Assembly: GCA_010909165.1 (NCBI GenBank)
Contig: MU008160.1
Location: 310,001-374,000, forward strand
DNA: 64,000 bases
Direction of reading: 5' to 3'
Source of the DNA: Anthoceros angustus
Lineage: Eukaryota; Plantae; Anthocerotophyta
How positions within the stretch are numbered: the first letter of the stretch is position 1; every line of letters starts with the position of its first letter. The translations under genes and the position numbers were made by a program. This document shows, piece after piece, positions 44,599 to 57,616 of the stretch. The notes under the pieces were generated by a model. It saw only the letters and a list, made by a program, of their open reading frames with translations, was not told the DNA's origin and did not search any database.

Positions 44599-44791
44599 AA
44601 AGCAGAGTGTCGACAGGCCTCCACGTAGCAGAAACGGCCATTGTTCTCGGCACGAGCCGAATTCCTGCTCCCCGTACCTGGAATTTCGTGCTTTCCAAAG
44701 CAAGCCCCATGTGCGAGATCTCATCCCGCAACCCAGGGGGGGCGGTACACCCAGTGAACAAGCTCTGCTCAGCCCTACTCAGCCCGGGGAC

Positions 44792-46667
44792 ATGTCGTCA
44801 GGGCGGTGCTCGTGCGTCGTGTGCAAGACGGACCCGATAGACTTACTATGTCTGTCAGCCCACGAGGACTTTGAGACTGGCCACAGCAGGCTCCCGGAGC
44901 TCCCGCGGGCTCTGAGACGCGACGACAAGCCCGCTCTGGAGGTCAGATCCGACGCCCCGGCTCAAACATCCCCAGATCCACTCCCGGCCCTGAAATCTCT
45001 CCCCGCCCAGGATGCAAGCTTCCCCAGGCAGAGTCTTGTCCCTCACAGATCTGAGCAGAAATTGCCACGTCCACGCTGCAACGATCCCGACACTCACGAT
45101 CCGGACTCTGCCTGCGGGCCCTGTGTTGACGTCACTGGCATCCGTCGGTTCCCGACAGAAGCTGCCAAGGTCTTAACAGGAAGCGCCGCCTGTGCACGCC
45201 CGCAATGCGGGAAGGAGGTCTGCACACAGCAGAGGATGGTCCTCTCTTCCCTCCTCCTCGCAGCCGAAGCTGAGGCCGTCCCGAGACGGAGGAAGACGGC
45301 GTCGGGAAGCAGGGCGCCCGTCGATGGATTGGGAAGAAGGCCAAGATGTGAGGATGGCGCGGGAGCCGAGGCGTGCGAGTTTCGCGACTCGTGCGTCTCA
45401 CGCGACTCGAGCGACTCAAACGAATCCAGCGATTCTTGCGACTCAAAACTGCGTGACTCTGCACATGGCGGACTGCAAGCCGAGGTACCGGGTTCCCGGG
45501 CGGTGAATCTGGTGATCCGGAGCGATTCTCCGAGAGTGGTAGAGACGGAGCCGGAGAATTTCAGGGAGGTGGTGCAGCGGCTGACGGGGTTGCGGAAGAC
45601 GAGGCACCTGCAGCCCAGGAGCAGGCCCCCGAAGCAGAGGCTGCGGAGGAGCTCGGGCTTGAGCCCGACCGTGGGAGTGAAGATGGAGACGGATGTGGCA
45701 TCACTGCCTGCTACGACTCCATTGTTGAAGATGGCGGATGATCGGGAGGAGGGGAGTCATGACCGTCACCATCGTCGGGAAGTTCGGATTGACGTTCCTT
45801 GTGGGTTCGGGGCAGAGTGCAAGCAGCTGGCGCCGCCCACGCTGCGGAGCCCGGACAGCGTGCTGCAGGCGGGCCGGTGCCTGGACGCCGCAGGCGCCGT
45901 GCGGCCGATGCCGCAAGACTTCCGCAGTGCCAATGGCGGGCTGGACGTGGGCTGCCGGCAGCTGCGTACCAGCGCTGCTCCAGCGGTGCCGTCCTGGGCA
46001 GACGCCGTTTCTTTTGGGCTCCTCCCGCCTGCTCGTTCCCTGCAGGTGGGGGCCTGGACCAGGTTTTCATCTTGGTCGATCCACTCTTGTACATGTACGT
46101 GTCGGACATGCACGACGATGTCTGATCTGCAGTTTCCGTGGGAGGGTTTTTTGCAGGACAGCTGTTGTGCTGCTGCAGCGCAGCTGCAGGAGCCCTTCTT
46201 CATCGACCAGAGCGTGAACCCGTGCGGAGCCTCTGGGACAGCGGCCTCGGTCTGCCCGATCAACGACGGCTCCTCCTCCGCCATGGGTGTTGGTAACTCG
46301 GGCGCAGTGGTTGGTTTCCCGTCCGACTTCGACTACGAGGCCTACCTGCAGGCTGCATTCAGAAGTGTGCAAGATTTCTCACCTCCTGGCGACTCCCAGT
46401 CTGAGCTGCTTTTCGAGTACCGCATATGATGCTGTTCCTGCCAAGCTCATGGACGTTGCGTTGTGTCTGGCAGGGCCGGCCGTGGAGTTCGCCACCCCTG
46501 CCGCAGCCTGCAAGGAGACTGCGACTGCGGCTCCTTCCAATTCCTGGTTTTGGGTGGACGGTAACCTCGATGGTGTGCAAGAGGAAGTCGGGTATATGCC
46601 CATGCCCGAGCCTCAGCCTCCAAGCATCTTCCAGCTCCAAACCGCATGCCCCTGGGATGGCATCTAA
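44792..46667 (+). CDS. VQ-motif protein
   Basis: VETEPENFREVVQRLTG (FxxxVQxLTG at 45560-45589) within ORF 44570-46429; start and 3' exon structure uncertain (possible last exon about 46470-46667). Confidence 0.7.
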
Positions 46668-46939
46668 CCCGACCCCCGCGCTATGCGCTTTGTGAATACT
46701 TCCGGACTCGCGTGTGTTACATAAAGGTCTTCCGTCTTCGCGTCTTCTTCCTATCCAAGATAGCCAAACGGGAAATAATGCAATAAAAGCGAAATCCTTA
46801 GCAATGAACTGTTGGGATAGTTCCGGAAAGGGGGCCGCTACGACGGCCGCCGTGGATAACACAAAATGACCAGATGTATTCGTGAGGAACAATTGATACC
46901 ACTACAAGGAGGAAGGATGCGTTTGCCATCACTTCTTAC

Positions 46940-49900
46940 AATATGTATTAATATTATACTTTTATATATTTTATAATAATCAATATCGGATTAGGAACAA
47001 CTTGTACCGAACAACCACTACTACCAAGCTGGCATCCATTGCCCTCCAAAGGGCAAGTGGCAATCTTTCTCATAGGTGATGCATCATGTAGGCCATTTTT
47101 TCTTTCGATGGTGCAGTAGATAACTTTAAAGTCAGTAGTTTAGTTACTACTTCTTTTTATCGTGACCCTCGTGGGACGTAAGTGATCTGACAAAAGTTTT
47201 CAGAGAAGTCCAACATGAGTGGTCATGAATGCGCATCGGTGGTGAGCTGAGCAGCCTTAGCCACCCGTTTTAGTCAACTGGTAGGAGCCGATTTTCTATT
47301 CGCAAGTGTCAAATATTACGGGCGTTATGGGTGCGGATGCTGAAACGTTAATATGTAACCCGGAAGAAAGGCTCTGAGAATATCGCACTGGGTTCGAGTT
47401 ACATGGAACCCAGCATAAGATTGAGACATGCGCACAAGTGGAGATAGAAATCTCTGAAGGAGGTCTAAGCTGATCTCAACTAAGACATCTGGGTTACTCC
47501 TTGCTTAGATGCAAAATGGAATTTAAAAAGAAAAACTTATAATTACCACGAAATTAAGTTAACATTGGTTGGAATACTATTATGTCTGGTGGTACGAGTG
47601 TTTAGGAAACTAAACTTCCTTTACTTCAGTTTTTCATGGGCTGGCATACTAAACCTCAACACAGGGTCCTTAAATCACATTCAATTTCTTTATTAGGTAT
47701 GCTTCAAAACTTTTTATTAGGTATGTTGCAAAACCTTCTTCATACCTTTATTAGGTACGCTGCAAAACCTTTTCTTTTGCAACTCCTGTATCCACATTCA
47801 CGAGGATGCATATATTGAAATGCTTTCATGGGTTCATAAGTTTATATTGCCATATATGCATTTCGAGTAGCGAGAAATTAGACTTTTTGACTTTTTTAAC
47901 TCGGTAATATAATTTGAAGGAAATTGTTTCTGCACTCGTTATCCTAAACACTTGTTATCCTATGGATCCTTGCTACCATAGAAGCAACCAAGGTATTGAG
48001 CCCCATGGAACATCTTGTGGAACATATTGGTGACCGGTACATCAATCCCAAGACGGCTTTGCTCCAAAACATACCTTAGACGCTTGTAGGATGCTAGACA
48101 GTAAGTATATCAACCTCGTAAAAGTTCAAAATTGAAATCAAGAAGGAAATTATGGCTAAAGGTTCAGAAGAAAACCACTTACGTTTGAGGGGAAAACCTC
48201 AAGTTGTCATTCAAGCTTCGCACTTTGTACAAAAATAGACTGAGAATGAGGTTCAGATTGTTTAATAACCTGAAGCAGAAAATATGCTGAATAACTCTAG
48301 TCATATTCGCGATATCCTCAATATTTCTATCCCAATTCCTTACATCACTGACTTTCATAAAAGTTTAGAGACAACTAAGACACCAGTTTTTTACACGCTT
48401 AGACTTAACCTTAATGCCAGTCATAGTATCATCCATAGCACCCGTAGGGACAAAGGGATCTAATCCCTCCTCCTCAAATTGGGTCTCATCTTCGATTTCC
48501 TCCATACCCATGCAAAATCGTCATGAGGATCCACATACCTAAGCCTCTTTAACATATCCAAGCATTCCTGATTAAGTGTGACTTCGAGATTAGGCAACAG
48601 AAAAAAAAAAAAAAAAAACTCACCAACAGAAACATGAGGAACGTGTGCACAATGATCTTATAGCACCGCAAGCAACCACCCCACAAACATTTTTAGTCTA
48701 GAGGCAGGTCTTTGTAGCATTAAGAACCATAGGATCATTAGTGATTTGATACTTCTTTTGAACTACAATATCAACCCCTCTAAAAAAACAGGGACATAAT
48801 TATAATTAGTGATGGTAGTCAAAGGGTCTTCAACCAAAGGCGCAGGCCGGGTATTTTCCCTCTTCCTCCTCATGACAAACTCATCTGCAAGCCGTGCACC
48901 CTGCTTGGATGAGAAATGCCTCGATGGCTTTGCATGCATCTTCTTTGGTACCAAAAATGCCAATGATATTTCTTTACTATGATAAAAAATACGATCAATG
49001 TTGCCGTCATCTGCTAAAAAGTGTGTCACCGTGTGAAGAAAAACTGACTTCACGCGTTGCCTTGTAAAGGGGTTCACCATCACCTCAGAAATATGAATTC
49101 TCTTCTTCCCGGGTTCAATAGGCCCAGTAGGCTTTCTTTTCGGGACCATTTGCAAATATAAAAAAATCAATAAGAATGAGGTATAGTACCTGAAAGTATT
49201 GCACTTACAACAAAAAGAAAAATGCAAATGAAAGAACTTACAAGAAAATGAAGAAAGCCATTCTAAACCCTGTTAGAAGATATGAAAGTTGAGGATCAAA
49301 AAATCCAGGAAGGGGTAAGGAGAGTCGGCGACAAGTTAGCTTAACCTATACATTGTCAATGTCTTCCTTCCCGCTTTCTTTAATTTGTCTAGCAGAGAAC
49401 TTATCCGACTCTGCAAAGATCTTGCTGAACACACACTAGACATTGAGAGAAACATCAACCTAACTACACAACAAACTGACCTGAACTTTGGTTAGTCAAC
49501 TTAAAAACATCTCTGCGATCGTACAAAATAGAGTGTACAACATCACTAACTGGAAATAGCATAACGATAATAACTCCTTTTACACAATTGCTAAGACTGT
49601 GAACCAAACAGATTTCGTCACTAGCAAATAAAAAATAGTAAAATAAATAAAAGTGTTTTTGATCTAAAAGATCAGCTTGAATCACAATTGCATTGAGCTA
49701 GAAACAACGAAACTACAAGTTACGCTTCAAACAAAACTATGGAAAATGATTGCACAAGTATGTCAAGAGGTCAACCCTCTGAAGCATTGTGACTCTAAAG
49801 ATACCTACAACATCATTTAAGTACATCAGGAACAACGAAAATGAAATTGATGATGTAAATTGCTTCCTACACCAGCGTACAATAAATGAAATTGATGATG

Positions 49901-50560
49901 TAAATTGCTTCCTACACCAGCGTACAATAACGGCCCCGACCGCTCTCGGGGGTGGCACCCCTCCGCGTGTCCATTCCCTAATACATAGGTAATGGGTCCG
50001 AAGTCGCAATGAGGTGATTTCATGATATACATAGGTATATAGTAGGTAGTAGATGAAGCGTATCGCATGTCATGAAGGCTAACAAGTTATTTTATAGGAA
50101 GCCTCAAAGTTGGGTTCAGTAATGAATTGGGAATCCGTTTGGATGCGAAATAGGTTATGTGTCCCTATCCGGAGCTCACGAGATGAGACCCATTTCGTGT
50201 GCACTGTTTGGTGCAAATCGGGAACGCCAATTTATAGAATTCCCGTCTCTTGGCACCTGCAAGCCCAAGTGCGTACAAGCACGATAGTCTACTTAAATGT
50301 GTTGTTCACGTAGACACACATTTATACGAACACCGCAGTTAAGTATCCTACATTTATAAAAACTCCGCTGTTAAGCATCTGCACTTAGATCCGTACTTAG
50401 ATAAGGCGCCTAGAGCTGCAATTAGATAAGGCGCCTAGAGCTGCACTTAGATAAGGCGCCTAGAGGGAATGGATGCGCTTGGTGCATTCAGCTTATAGTA
50501 CAAGTTGTTAAGTTAGGGATTCCTCGTCCTTGATCAGGTATCCCGTTTACAAGAAAGACG
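46940..50560. mobile_element. AT-rich TE-derived island, class unresolved
   Basis: Abrupt GC drop; short duplications (45 bp x2 at 49840-49929; 25 bp x3 at 50397-50465); fragmentary ORF 48763-49227; right end homologous to 5541-5680. Confidence 0.4.
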
Positions 50561-50589
50561 ACCTCGCTCAAATGCCAAAGTCCTGTTTC

Positions 50590-50780
50590 CGTTGTTTAGG
50601 TTCGGCCTTTGAGGCCCCTATTGTTGTTTGACAAAATGTCCGATCGCCACGGGGAGGTTCGGCCTTCAACTGTGAGGCCCCTGTTGTTGTTTGACAAAAT
50701 GTCCGATCGCCACGGGCAGGTTCGGCCTTCAAGTGTGAGGCCCTTGCTGGTATTTGACAAAATCTCTGATCGTCACGGAC
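50590..50780. repeat. 63-bp tandem repeat, about 3 copies
   Basis: cgatcgccac recurs at 50641 and 50704; minus strand reads KAEPxRGDRTFCQTTxGASxL repeats. Confidence 0.9.
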
Positions 50781-50781
50781 T

Positions 50782-51710
50782 CTAGCTGAGCTGCGCGGAT
50801 CGGAGGTGCAGGAAATCGGCCATTCTGTGAAGCATGACAGGCGGCCATCGCCGGATGCGGCGCAGCCAGTCCTCGTCCCGGTACAGGGCACAGCCGTCCC
50901 CAGACTCAATCTGGTAGCAGGCAAAGCGCCATTCCTGCTCGGCTAGTCCCTCCAGCCCCCGCCCCCAGTGCAGCGCTGCCAGGGCTGCTCTCGCATCCAC
51001 GCTCCCAGGCGCGCGCCGCGCCACGGCCGCCAGCTCCCGCATCCCGGCCTCCTCCTCCCCGAGCTGCACGCGCATCAGCGCGGCGTTGGCGGCGGCCAGC
51101 GCCGCGGCGTCCCGCTGCCGTGCACGCTCGAACGCGCGCGCGCTCGCGGCGTAGTCTTGGAGCGCGTCCTGGAATCTGGCTGCCGAGGCCAGCGCGTTGC
51201 CCCGGCTGTTGAGCACGAACGGGTCGGGCCGGCCACGGCCAGAGCTTGCGTGTAGTCGGCGATGGCGGCCTCCCAGGCCGCCAGACCCTCGCTGGCCAGC
51301 GCCGCGCGGCCAGAGCGCGGGGTTGCCAGGCTCCGCCGCAGCACCTCGTCCAGATCCGCCACGGCTTCCCGGAACCGCTTCGCGTCCAGCCGCGCCTGGC
51401 CGCGGGCCTCCAGCCAGGCCTCCTGGCTGGGATCAGCTGAGACTGCCGCGTCCCAGAGCTCGCAGGCGCGGTCCACAGATCCCGCGGCCCATGCCTCCGC
51501 TGCCTCCACCGCCAGCCGCTCCGCCTGCCGCTGAGCGGCTGGCGATGGAGATGGCGGTGGTGCTGCTGCCGCGACTGGCCATTGCCCGAACCCTAGCGCT
51601 AGCCCGAGGAGGACTTCCCGCCGGGGGAGAAGGTACGCTTGCTTCACTTGCTGCTGCCGCGGTGACGCTCTGATGCTGCAGGAAAAGGCTGGAAGGAGCG
51701 TTGTAGCCAT
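50782..51710 (-). CDS. Plastid/thylakoid TPR protein of cyanobacterial type
   Basis: Transit peptide with RREVLLGL; TPR motifs ARGQARLDAKRFREAVADLDEVL, NSRGNALAS..RFQDALQDY; C-terminal DARAALAALHW..G..AE.EW...DEDWLRRIRRWPP; intronless, with indels near 51220-51310. Confidence 0.8.
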
Positions 51711-52222
51711 GGTAGTGCGAGCGCTGCAGCACACGCCTCTTGGACAATGGTTTTGTATGAAGAAGCTTAGCGCGGTTTTGTCGTTGCGATCCCAGCCGCT
51801 TTGTGGAAGCTTGCTTTCAAGCGTGCTTATAAGACGTGTATTGGAGCGCATCCTGCGGTGCTTGGGGGAGAGCAGTGGAGGATCATTCGAACGAGGTGAA
51901 ACGTGCAGACACGGGGAGTGGATTTCATAGCTTGTTGCAATGGAACTGAATCACCTTGGAAATGGTTTGCATGGCCTGCTGTTGCAATGGAATTTTGCCT
52001 TGCCACGGTAATGGCTGTTGAGCAACTCTTTGTCTTGCGTCTGTTTTCGTCATATGTGTGATCCCACATGATGTTGCCGAGAGTGCTACATTGGAATATT
52101 TGGAGCTTTCATTGAAATATGTGGAGGACTCTGGTACACGTCCTCAGCTGCAACAAAGGCCATCAAACGTGCTCGGAATATGATATGTCTACATCTTTGC
52201 GCAATCCACCAGTGCTGCGGCT

Positions 52223-53425
52223 CTATTCTGAGTGGATCAGGGAGCTGGGACGAATGACAGCACCATCGAAATAAAGCCCACCCTTCCACTGGTTGGATTT
52301 TGTTTCCGACAGGACAGCCTCCAGCTCCACCACCGCTTGTCCCGGAGATACCGTGAATTGCCCGATATCGCACTCCAGCCATCGACCATCAGCCTGACGT
52401 AGCTTCACCACATTGTCAGCGACAGCTCTCTCGGTACTTACATCAGCCTGGGGTTGCTTCACCTCATTGTCAGCTACAGCTGTTTCATCAATTTCATCAG
52501 CAACAGCTTTTCCATCACGTTTATGAGCAACAGCTTTTTCATCACTTCCATCAGCCTGAGGTAGTTTCACCACATTGCCAGCAACAGCTCTCTCATCACT
52601 TTCATCAGCCTGAGGTTGCTTCACCTCCTTGTCAGCAACATCTCTTTCATCACTTTCAAGAGCCTGAGGTTGCTCCACCTCATTGTCAGCAACATCTCTT
52701 TCATCAATTTCATCAGCCTGAGGTAGCTTCACAAGATTGTCAGCAACAGCTCTTTCATCACTTTCATCAGCCTGAGATACCTTCACCACATTGTCAGCAA
52801 AGAAACTTTCATCAATTTCATCCTCAGGAAGCGGTGCACGCAGATACCCTCTAGTCTCGATGTTCAGGCCATGGTTGTCTTTTAGGCTCAGTGTGACCCT
52901 GTGCTCATCCCAACCTAGCCAGTTGTCTGCAAAGGAAATCCTCAGGGACACAGTGTAAGTTCCAGGGGGCAGAGAGACGCGGATCTTGGACGAGACATCC
53001 AACCAGCACACCTGCCCCAAAAAGGCCGCCTGCTCGAATCTGGAGCCTCCTATTTCCGGTTCCGAGCTCGGTAGCCAGCTCCAGTACAACGGATTAGAGC
53101 CCCAAGCTATGGTAAACGAACTTGCCGACACTGCGCGGCACACGCCACCGGTAGCTGCGTCGATCGAGTAAGCCGCTTTGCCGTCATCCAGCAGAACGCC
53201 AGCACACAGCCGTTCGAACAGCTCCTTCTTCGTCGAGTACTGCAAGGTGGGATCTGGACCTTCGAGAATTGATTGTAGGTCCGTCTTCCAGTTTGCAGGC
53301 AACCGTCGCTCCCACGCCTCATCATCAGACTCCGCCGGTGAGGAACTCGATGGAGGATGCGGTGAAGATTGCGAATTGCAGCAGTTCAGCTTCTCGCCAA
53401 CGATCGGCTTGGGATCTGTCGCCAT
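52223..53425 (-). CDS. Phloem protein 2 (PP2)-like lectin with internal acidic tandem repeat
   Basis: KKELFERLCAGVLLDDG, SFTIAWGSNPLYWSW, AFLGQVCWLDV, LPPGTY, WLECDIGQF, WKGGLYFDGAVIRP; about 8 copies of an 18-aa unit inside the domain. Confidence 0.9.
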   Translation of the reverse strand: MATDPKPIVGEKLNCCNSQSSPHPPSSSSPAESDDEAWERRLPANWKTDLQSILEGPDPTLQYSTKKELFERLCAGVLLDDGKAAYSIDAATGGVCRAVSASSFTIAWGSNPLYWSWLPSSEPEIGGSRFEQAAFLGQVCWLDVSSKIRVSLPPGTYTVSLRISFADNWLGWDEHRVTLSLKDNHGLNIETRGYLRAPLPEDEIDESFFADNVVKVSQADESDERAVADNLVKLPQADEIDERDVADNEVEQPQALESDERDVADKEVKQPQADESDERAVAGNVVKLPQADGSDEKAVAHKRDGKAVADEIDETAVADNEVKQPQADVSTERAVADNVVKLRQADGRWLECDIGQFTVSPGQAVVELEAVLSETKSNQWKGGLYFDGAVIRPSSLIHSE

Positions 53426-54329
53426 CGCGTGAAGGAGGAGAGCTTATTGCTTGGCCTGGTTGCGAGAGCTTGCTGCTTGGCCTGGTTGCATTGCCTTCTT
53501 GGTTCTTTCAAGACATCTGTGACTGGAAAGACAGAGATCTAGACTTAGGGATTGTCGCCATCGGGACCATCGATATGAAGAATGCCATGTGGCGACCAAG
53601 TTGTGACTGTCAGAGGACAGGTGCCACTCCTGAATTTGGCAGGACGTATAGGATTTCTACTGGGATTGCCTACAGCTGGATCACTAACAGAGTAGAATCC
53701 TGAATATTGTGGAGCCTGCTCGCGGGTTAGGTGTGAAGCACCTTGCCTGTCCTCTCTTCGAGGACTGATCCGGACAAAGGAGTTCTTTGGAACTGTCATC
53801 CTTTCGAGGGCGGCGGATCAGGGCTTGGATGGCGTGCCGCCCAACCCCAGCCTCATGGCCCTTGGGGGCCACCTGTTCTAAACATCAGGCCCTCGTCCCC
53901 GAAGGATTCCTCCAGATCAAATCCCATGTGGGACTTCCATGGATACTTTGCAGTCTCTAAAACAAAAGGCACCTTGCTTCAAATTAGATTTCGTAGCGAG
54001 CACGGCTGACTTCTAGCAGCTGGGCATCCTTGGCTTGGAATGGCCGCAGGAAGGATGATTGTAGGTGGCATGTAGGTAAGCGTCTCGATTGCCCTGACGA
54101 GAAGAATCCATGGCCAGATGAGATTGCACAAAGTACCAGCCATCCGCAAAAGCTAGAATAGCCAGAGAAAATGTTTGAGCATTGGTGAAGCGTTCTAAAG
54201 TTCTAGAAAAATCGCCTGGCATATATTGTCGGACTGGCCTACGGGCGTAGATTGCAGTGGTTGGTTTGGGCGGGAGATATGCCCACTGTATGGTATGCAT
54301 CATATCGTGTGCATGTGTGGCAGGATCCG

Positions 54330-55520
54330 CTAAGGATGGAATAGCATGAGAATGTTTTGGAAGTCGTGGTACGGGTTTGTTGTAGTGTGTGCATAGTGTC
54401 TGACCGACTGTTGGATAGCATAGGGGTAGGCAACTGCCGGGTGGACATGTATGCAGGATGTGGTGACATGGAGTGCCCTGATATCAGGATGTGCAAAATG
54501 TAATGCAGTGAGGGATACGGGCCATGGTCTTGACAGCATGAGCAGAAAAATGTGGTGGCGTGGGATGCCCGGATACCGTGGTATGTAGCATGTGGTGAAC
54601 TGAAAGATGCACGCCAGGTTTCTGGCAGCACGGCCACAAGGGACGCGGTGGCATGGACTACCCTGATATCTTGTGATGCACGGCGAGGTGCCTGTCCCGA
54701 GCTGAATGGAGCATGAGGATGTGGTGAACCTGGTATGTGGTGAACACTGATATCTGTGTATGCCCAACCTGCCTTGTGTTCAAGGTTGTGGGAGCCTGTT
54801 ATGTCAGAAATGAAGGCCCTGTGAGGCTGTTGGATTACTGAAATTCCTGGTGCAGATTCTTAGTCTTGTATGAACTACCCTGATATCATAGCAGACTTTG
54901 GACCGGGTGAGTGCAGGCTTCTGTCCAGTCTGTACTGATGCTTCTTGGTGTATGTCCTTTCATACATGTCTCTATACAGATTGCTGTGTGTGAAGGACTT
55001 GTATGGAAAAAGGTAAACTGAAAGATGCACGCCGTGTTTCGAAACACAATGGATGTACTCTTGTTCATAATATTGTGGCTAGCTACCAGCTGATCAGTAG
55101 TCAGCATCGTTCTCTGTTTGCAGGAGTCAGTTCAGGTGGCAGCGATGTCTTGGCTGCTGTCATAGCAGTGATGGACTTGCCAGATAGGGGTGTAGAGCCC
55201 ATCGGCAAGCACCTGAGCATGGGCATTCTGATTGGGGGGTCTTGCAGAAGGGCAGCTGCATTTAGAGATGCTGGATGGAGGACTGATCGATACGATGCTG
55301 GCTGGCACCTTCTGACAACCGTGAAGGTGTGTAACTGCATCGCCTGATTGTGGGATAGGTTTAGGAGGTGCCCAGACACGGAGGTCAATTTGAACAGGAG
55401 GGCCTTCCGTGACTATATTTTGCACTGGACTAGGACTCTGATCTGTATACATTCATGGCCCATGTGGTGAACTGAAAAGTGCAGAAGTGTGAGAAATGCA
55501 TAAGTGCACATGTTTGACAG
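54330..55520 (+). pseudogene. PLS-class PPR remnant
   Basis: GNCRVDMYAGCGD, YVACGELKDARQV...DAVAWTTLIS, KGKLKDARRV fragments with many stops and frameshifts. Confidence 0.7.
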
Positions 55521-56716
55521 GTTCGGGTTGTTGCGTAGGTATTCCTAAACAAAGTCCTGGCCAAAGAGCGTTTTCGCGGCTAGATGACGAAAATGTTTTT
55601 CCGCCTACACAGGTATTTCTGAATGTTTGGCACTACGTGGCGCTGGTTAGCCCAAGCAGCCATGCTGGGCCTTCCCTTTGGCGTGCGAGTTGTGACAACG
55701 TGCTAGGGCTCCTACATATCGTAGTATCACCTCCCATTGTGGCGATGGCGGCTGCAGCCCCATCCGTCCTCACGATCCACCAGCTGCACCTTTTACGCTG
55801 GAGCGCCCGCTCCACTGAAGGTACATGGCTTCAAGCTGCTTTGTTACAAGAGCTTCTGTTGCTTGCTGTTCGCCAATGCTGGATGCATTTGACTCGCGTG
55901 GATTGCGTTCATCAGCGGAGCTGCATTTCCTCTTCGGTGTAGCTCTTTTTGGCAATGTTGCTGCGCTTCTAAATTCAGATGAACTAGTTCCAGTGGTGGC
56001 AAATGTTGTTCGTTCTGAGCCAGAGTGGCAGCTTGGTGGGGAGAGACATTCCGTAGGTCTGGTAGGGGGCACGAGATTGGGAGGGTTTTGCGGGAATGTG
56101 GAATGTCTAGTCTTCAAGTTCTGAAATGTGGGTGGAGCTAGGCAATCTCTGTCCTAGTGCTGTGATTGGTACCCTCTTATGCAATCAATTCTGTTGCAGG
56201 TTGGCCCTTACTCATCAATTGGAAATCGGGGCCAGGACCGCAGTGTCCAACAGGTCTAGCAAGGAATGCTGACTGCCCTCGGCCACATTGTGCGATGAGT
56301 CAATTCTCACGGAATCCTCGGCAGGTACCCTAAGTTTGCTCTCGCCTCCCTGGTGCAGGGAAGCTGTAGGGATGGGTTGGTGGTGGCGATGAGCCGTTGT
56401 AGCGTAACTGCCTTCCTGAGGAACGGGTGACTGCTCTTATGTTTTTTCGCGGATGTGATTGCTGCATTCCTGACTTCAGGATTTGACTCGTGTGTCGTCT
56501 AGCCTGAGAGACTGAGGTAGGTTCAGAGGTTTCAGTCCTTTGTCGACAGAATCGATTTCCTCCGCAATTCACTGGTAATGTGGTTGTCTATCGGTCTGTT
56601 CGCTGATAAGATCTCCTTTCTACTCAAGATCTTCTTGAGTGTTCCCTTGGTGGGTGATTCGCTGATGGAGTAGTTTGCAGTGGTTGGTTAGCTTACCTCT
56701 TTCCTGGGCTCTGCAG

Positions 56717-57004
56717 GTTTTAGCAAAGGGAGTAGCCCGGCGCATGCTCTATGAGGAATCAGACTCTTATGTGCTCATCGAACCGGGCCAGGAAGAGGTG
56801 TTCGTGAACTTAGAAGAGCTGCAGATTAGGCTAAAGCATTGGCTAGAGAATTGGCCAGGCAAGGAGCTGCCCTCAGATCTGGCCAGATTTGAGGCTGTAG
56901 ACGACGCTGTAGATTATCTCACAGACTCTGCATGTGAGCTGGATCTTGGTGGTGGTCGGGGTTCTATGCAATGGTTTCGTGTTCGCCTAGAAAACGAAGC
57001 CTGA
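56717..57004 (+). CDS. CRR7: Chlororespiratory reduction 7 (NDH assembly), last exon; upstream transit-peptide exon(s) unresolved
   Basis: RRMLYEESDSYVLIEPGQEEVFVNLEELQIRLKHWLENWP...LP.DLARF..VDDAVDYL.DSACELD.G...QWFRVRLE; acceptor ctgcag at 56711-56716. Confidence 0.88.
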   Translation, partial: VLAKGVARRMLYEESDSYVLIEPGQEEVFVNLEELQIRLKHWLENWPGKELPSDLARFEAVDDAVDYLTDSACELDLGGGRGSMQWFRVRLENEA

Positions 57005-57616
57005 TAGGCATATTTGCCAAATGCAATGCAGTATGATGCTTTCTTCCTCTGGGGAACATCTGGCAGGACACTTTCAGTCTCTTCACTGTGTTTGATTTTG
57101 ATCTTCTTCCTGTCACTCCACTGTATGTCTTTATCCTGGGTGTGAAGACCATAAACTCATGAATCAGGTACTTCCCTGAATGTGTATCATTGCGATGGTA
57201 TAATCCAGTATAAGCTTAGTATGCGAAGGTCTGAAACTTTGTGTGAATATCGGCCTGTCCAAGCGAGCAATGATACTGAGATCATCCTCAACCAGCTTCC
57301 TGATGTTTCCTTTTGTGCTGCTGCAGTCGTAGATGACGGAGCTACTTGGGGAGCAGCTGCATCTTCATGTTCCTGCCCATGTTAGAATGACCTGGTACAT
57401 CCTCTGTGGCTTACAGGCATCTCGCAATAGCTCAGGTGGGTTCCTGTTTCTGCGGCTTTGTTCTGTTCTGCTCTGTTTCTTTCCCCGTCACTACGTTTTC
57501 AGGAGCAGACAATGCCTCCTCCCCAGTTCCAATGACTAACTTAATTTTACTTTGTGTCAGGGGACAAGAGGTGATCTGTGGCTGAATTGCTGCTCTCGAG
57601 TTACCCTCGAGTTACC

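Noticed and set aside
47030-47300. NB-ARC remnant suggested by RLPLAL on the minus strand
   Set aside because: Single short motif among stops, with no P-loop, kinase-2 or MHD support.
55633-56124. Small gene on either strand upstream of CRR7
   Set aside because: ORFs lack a convincing ATG or splice model and any recognisable motif.
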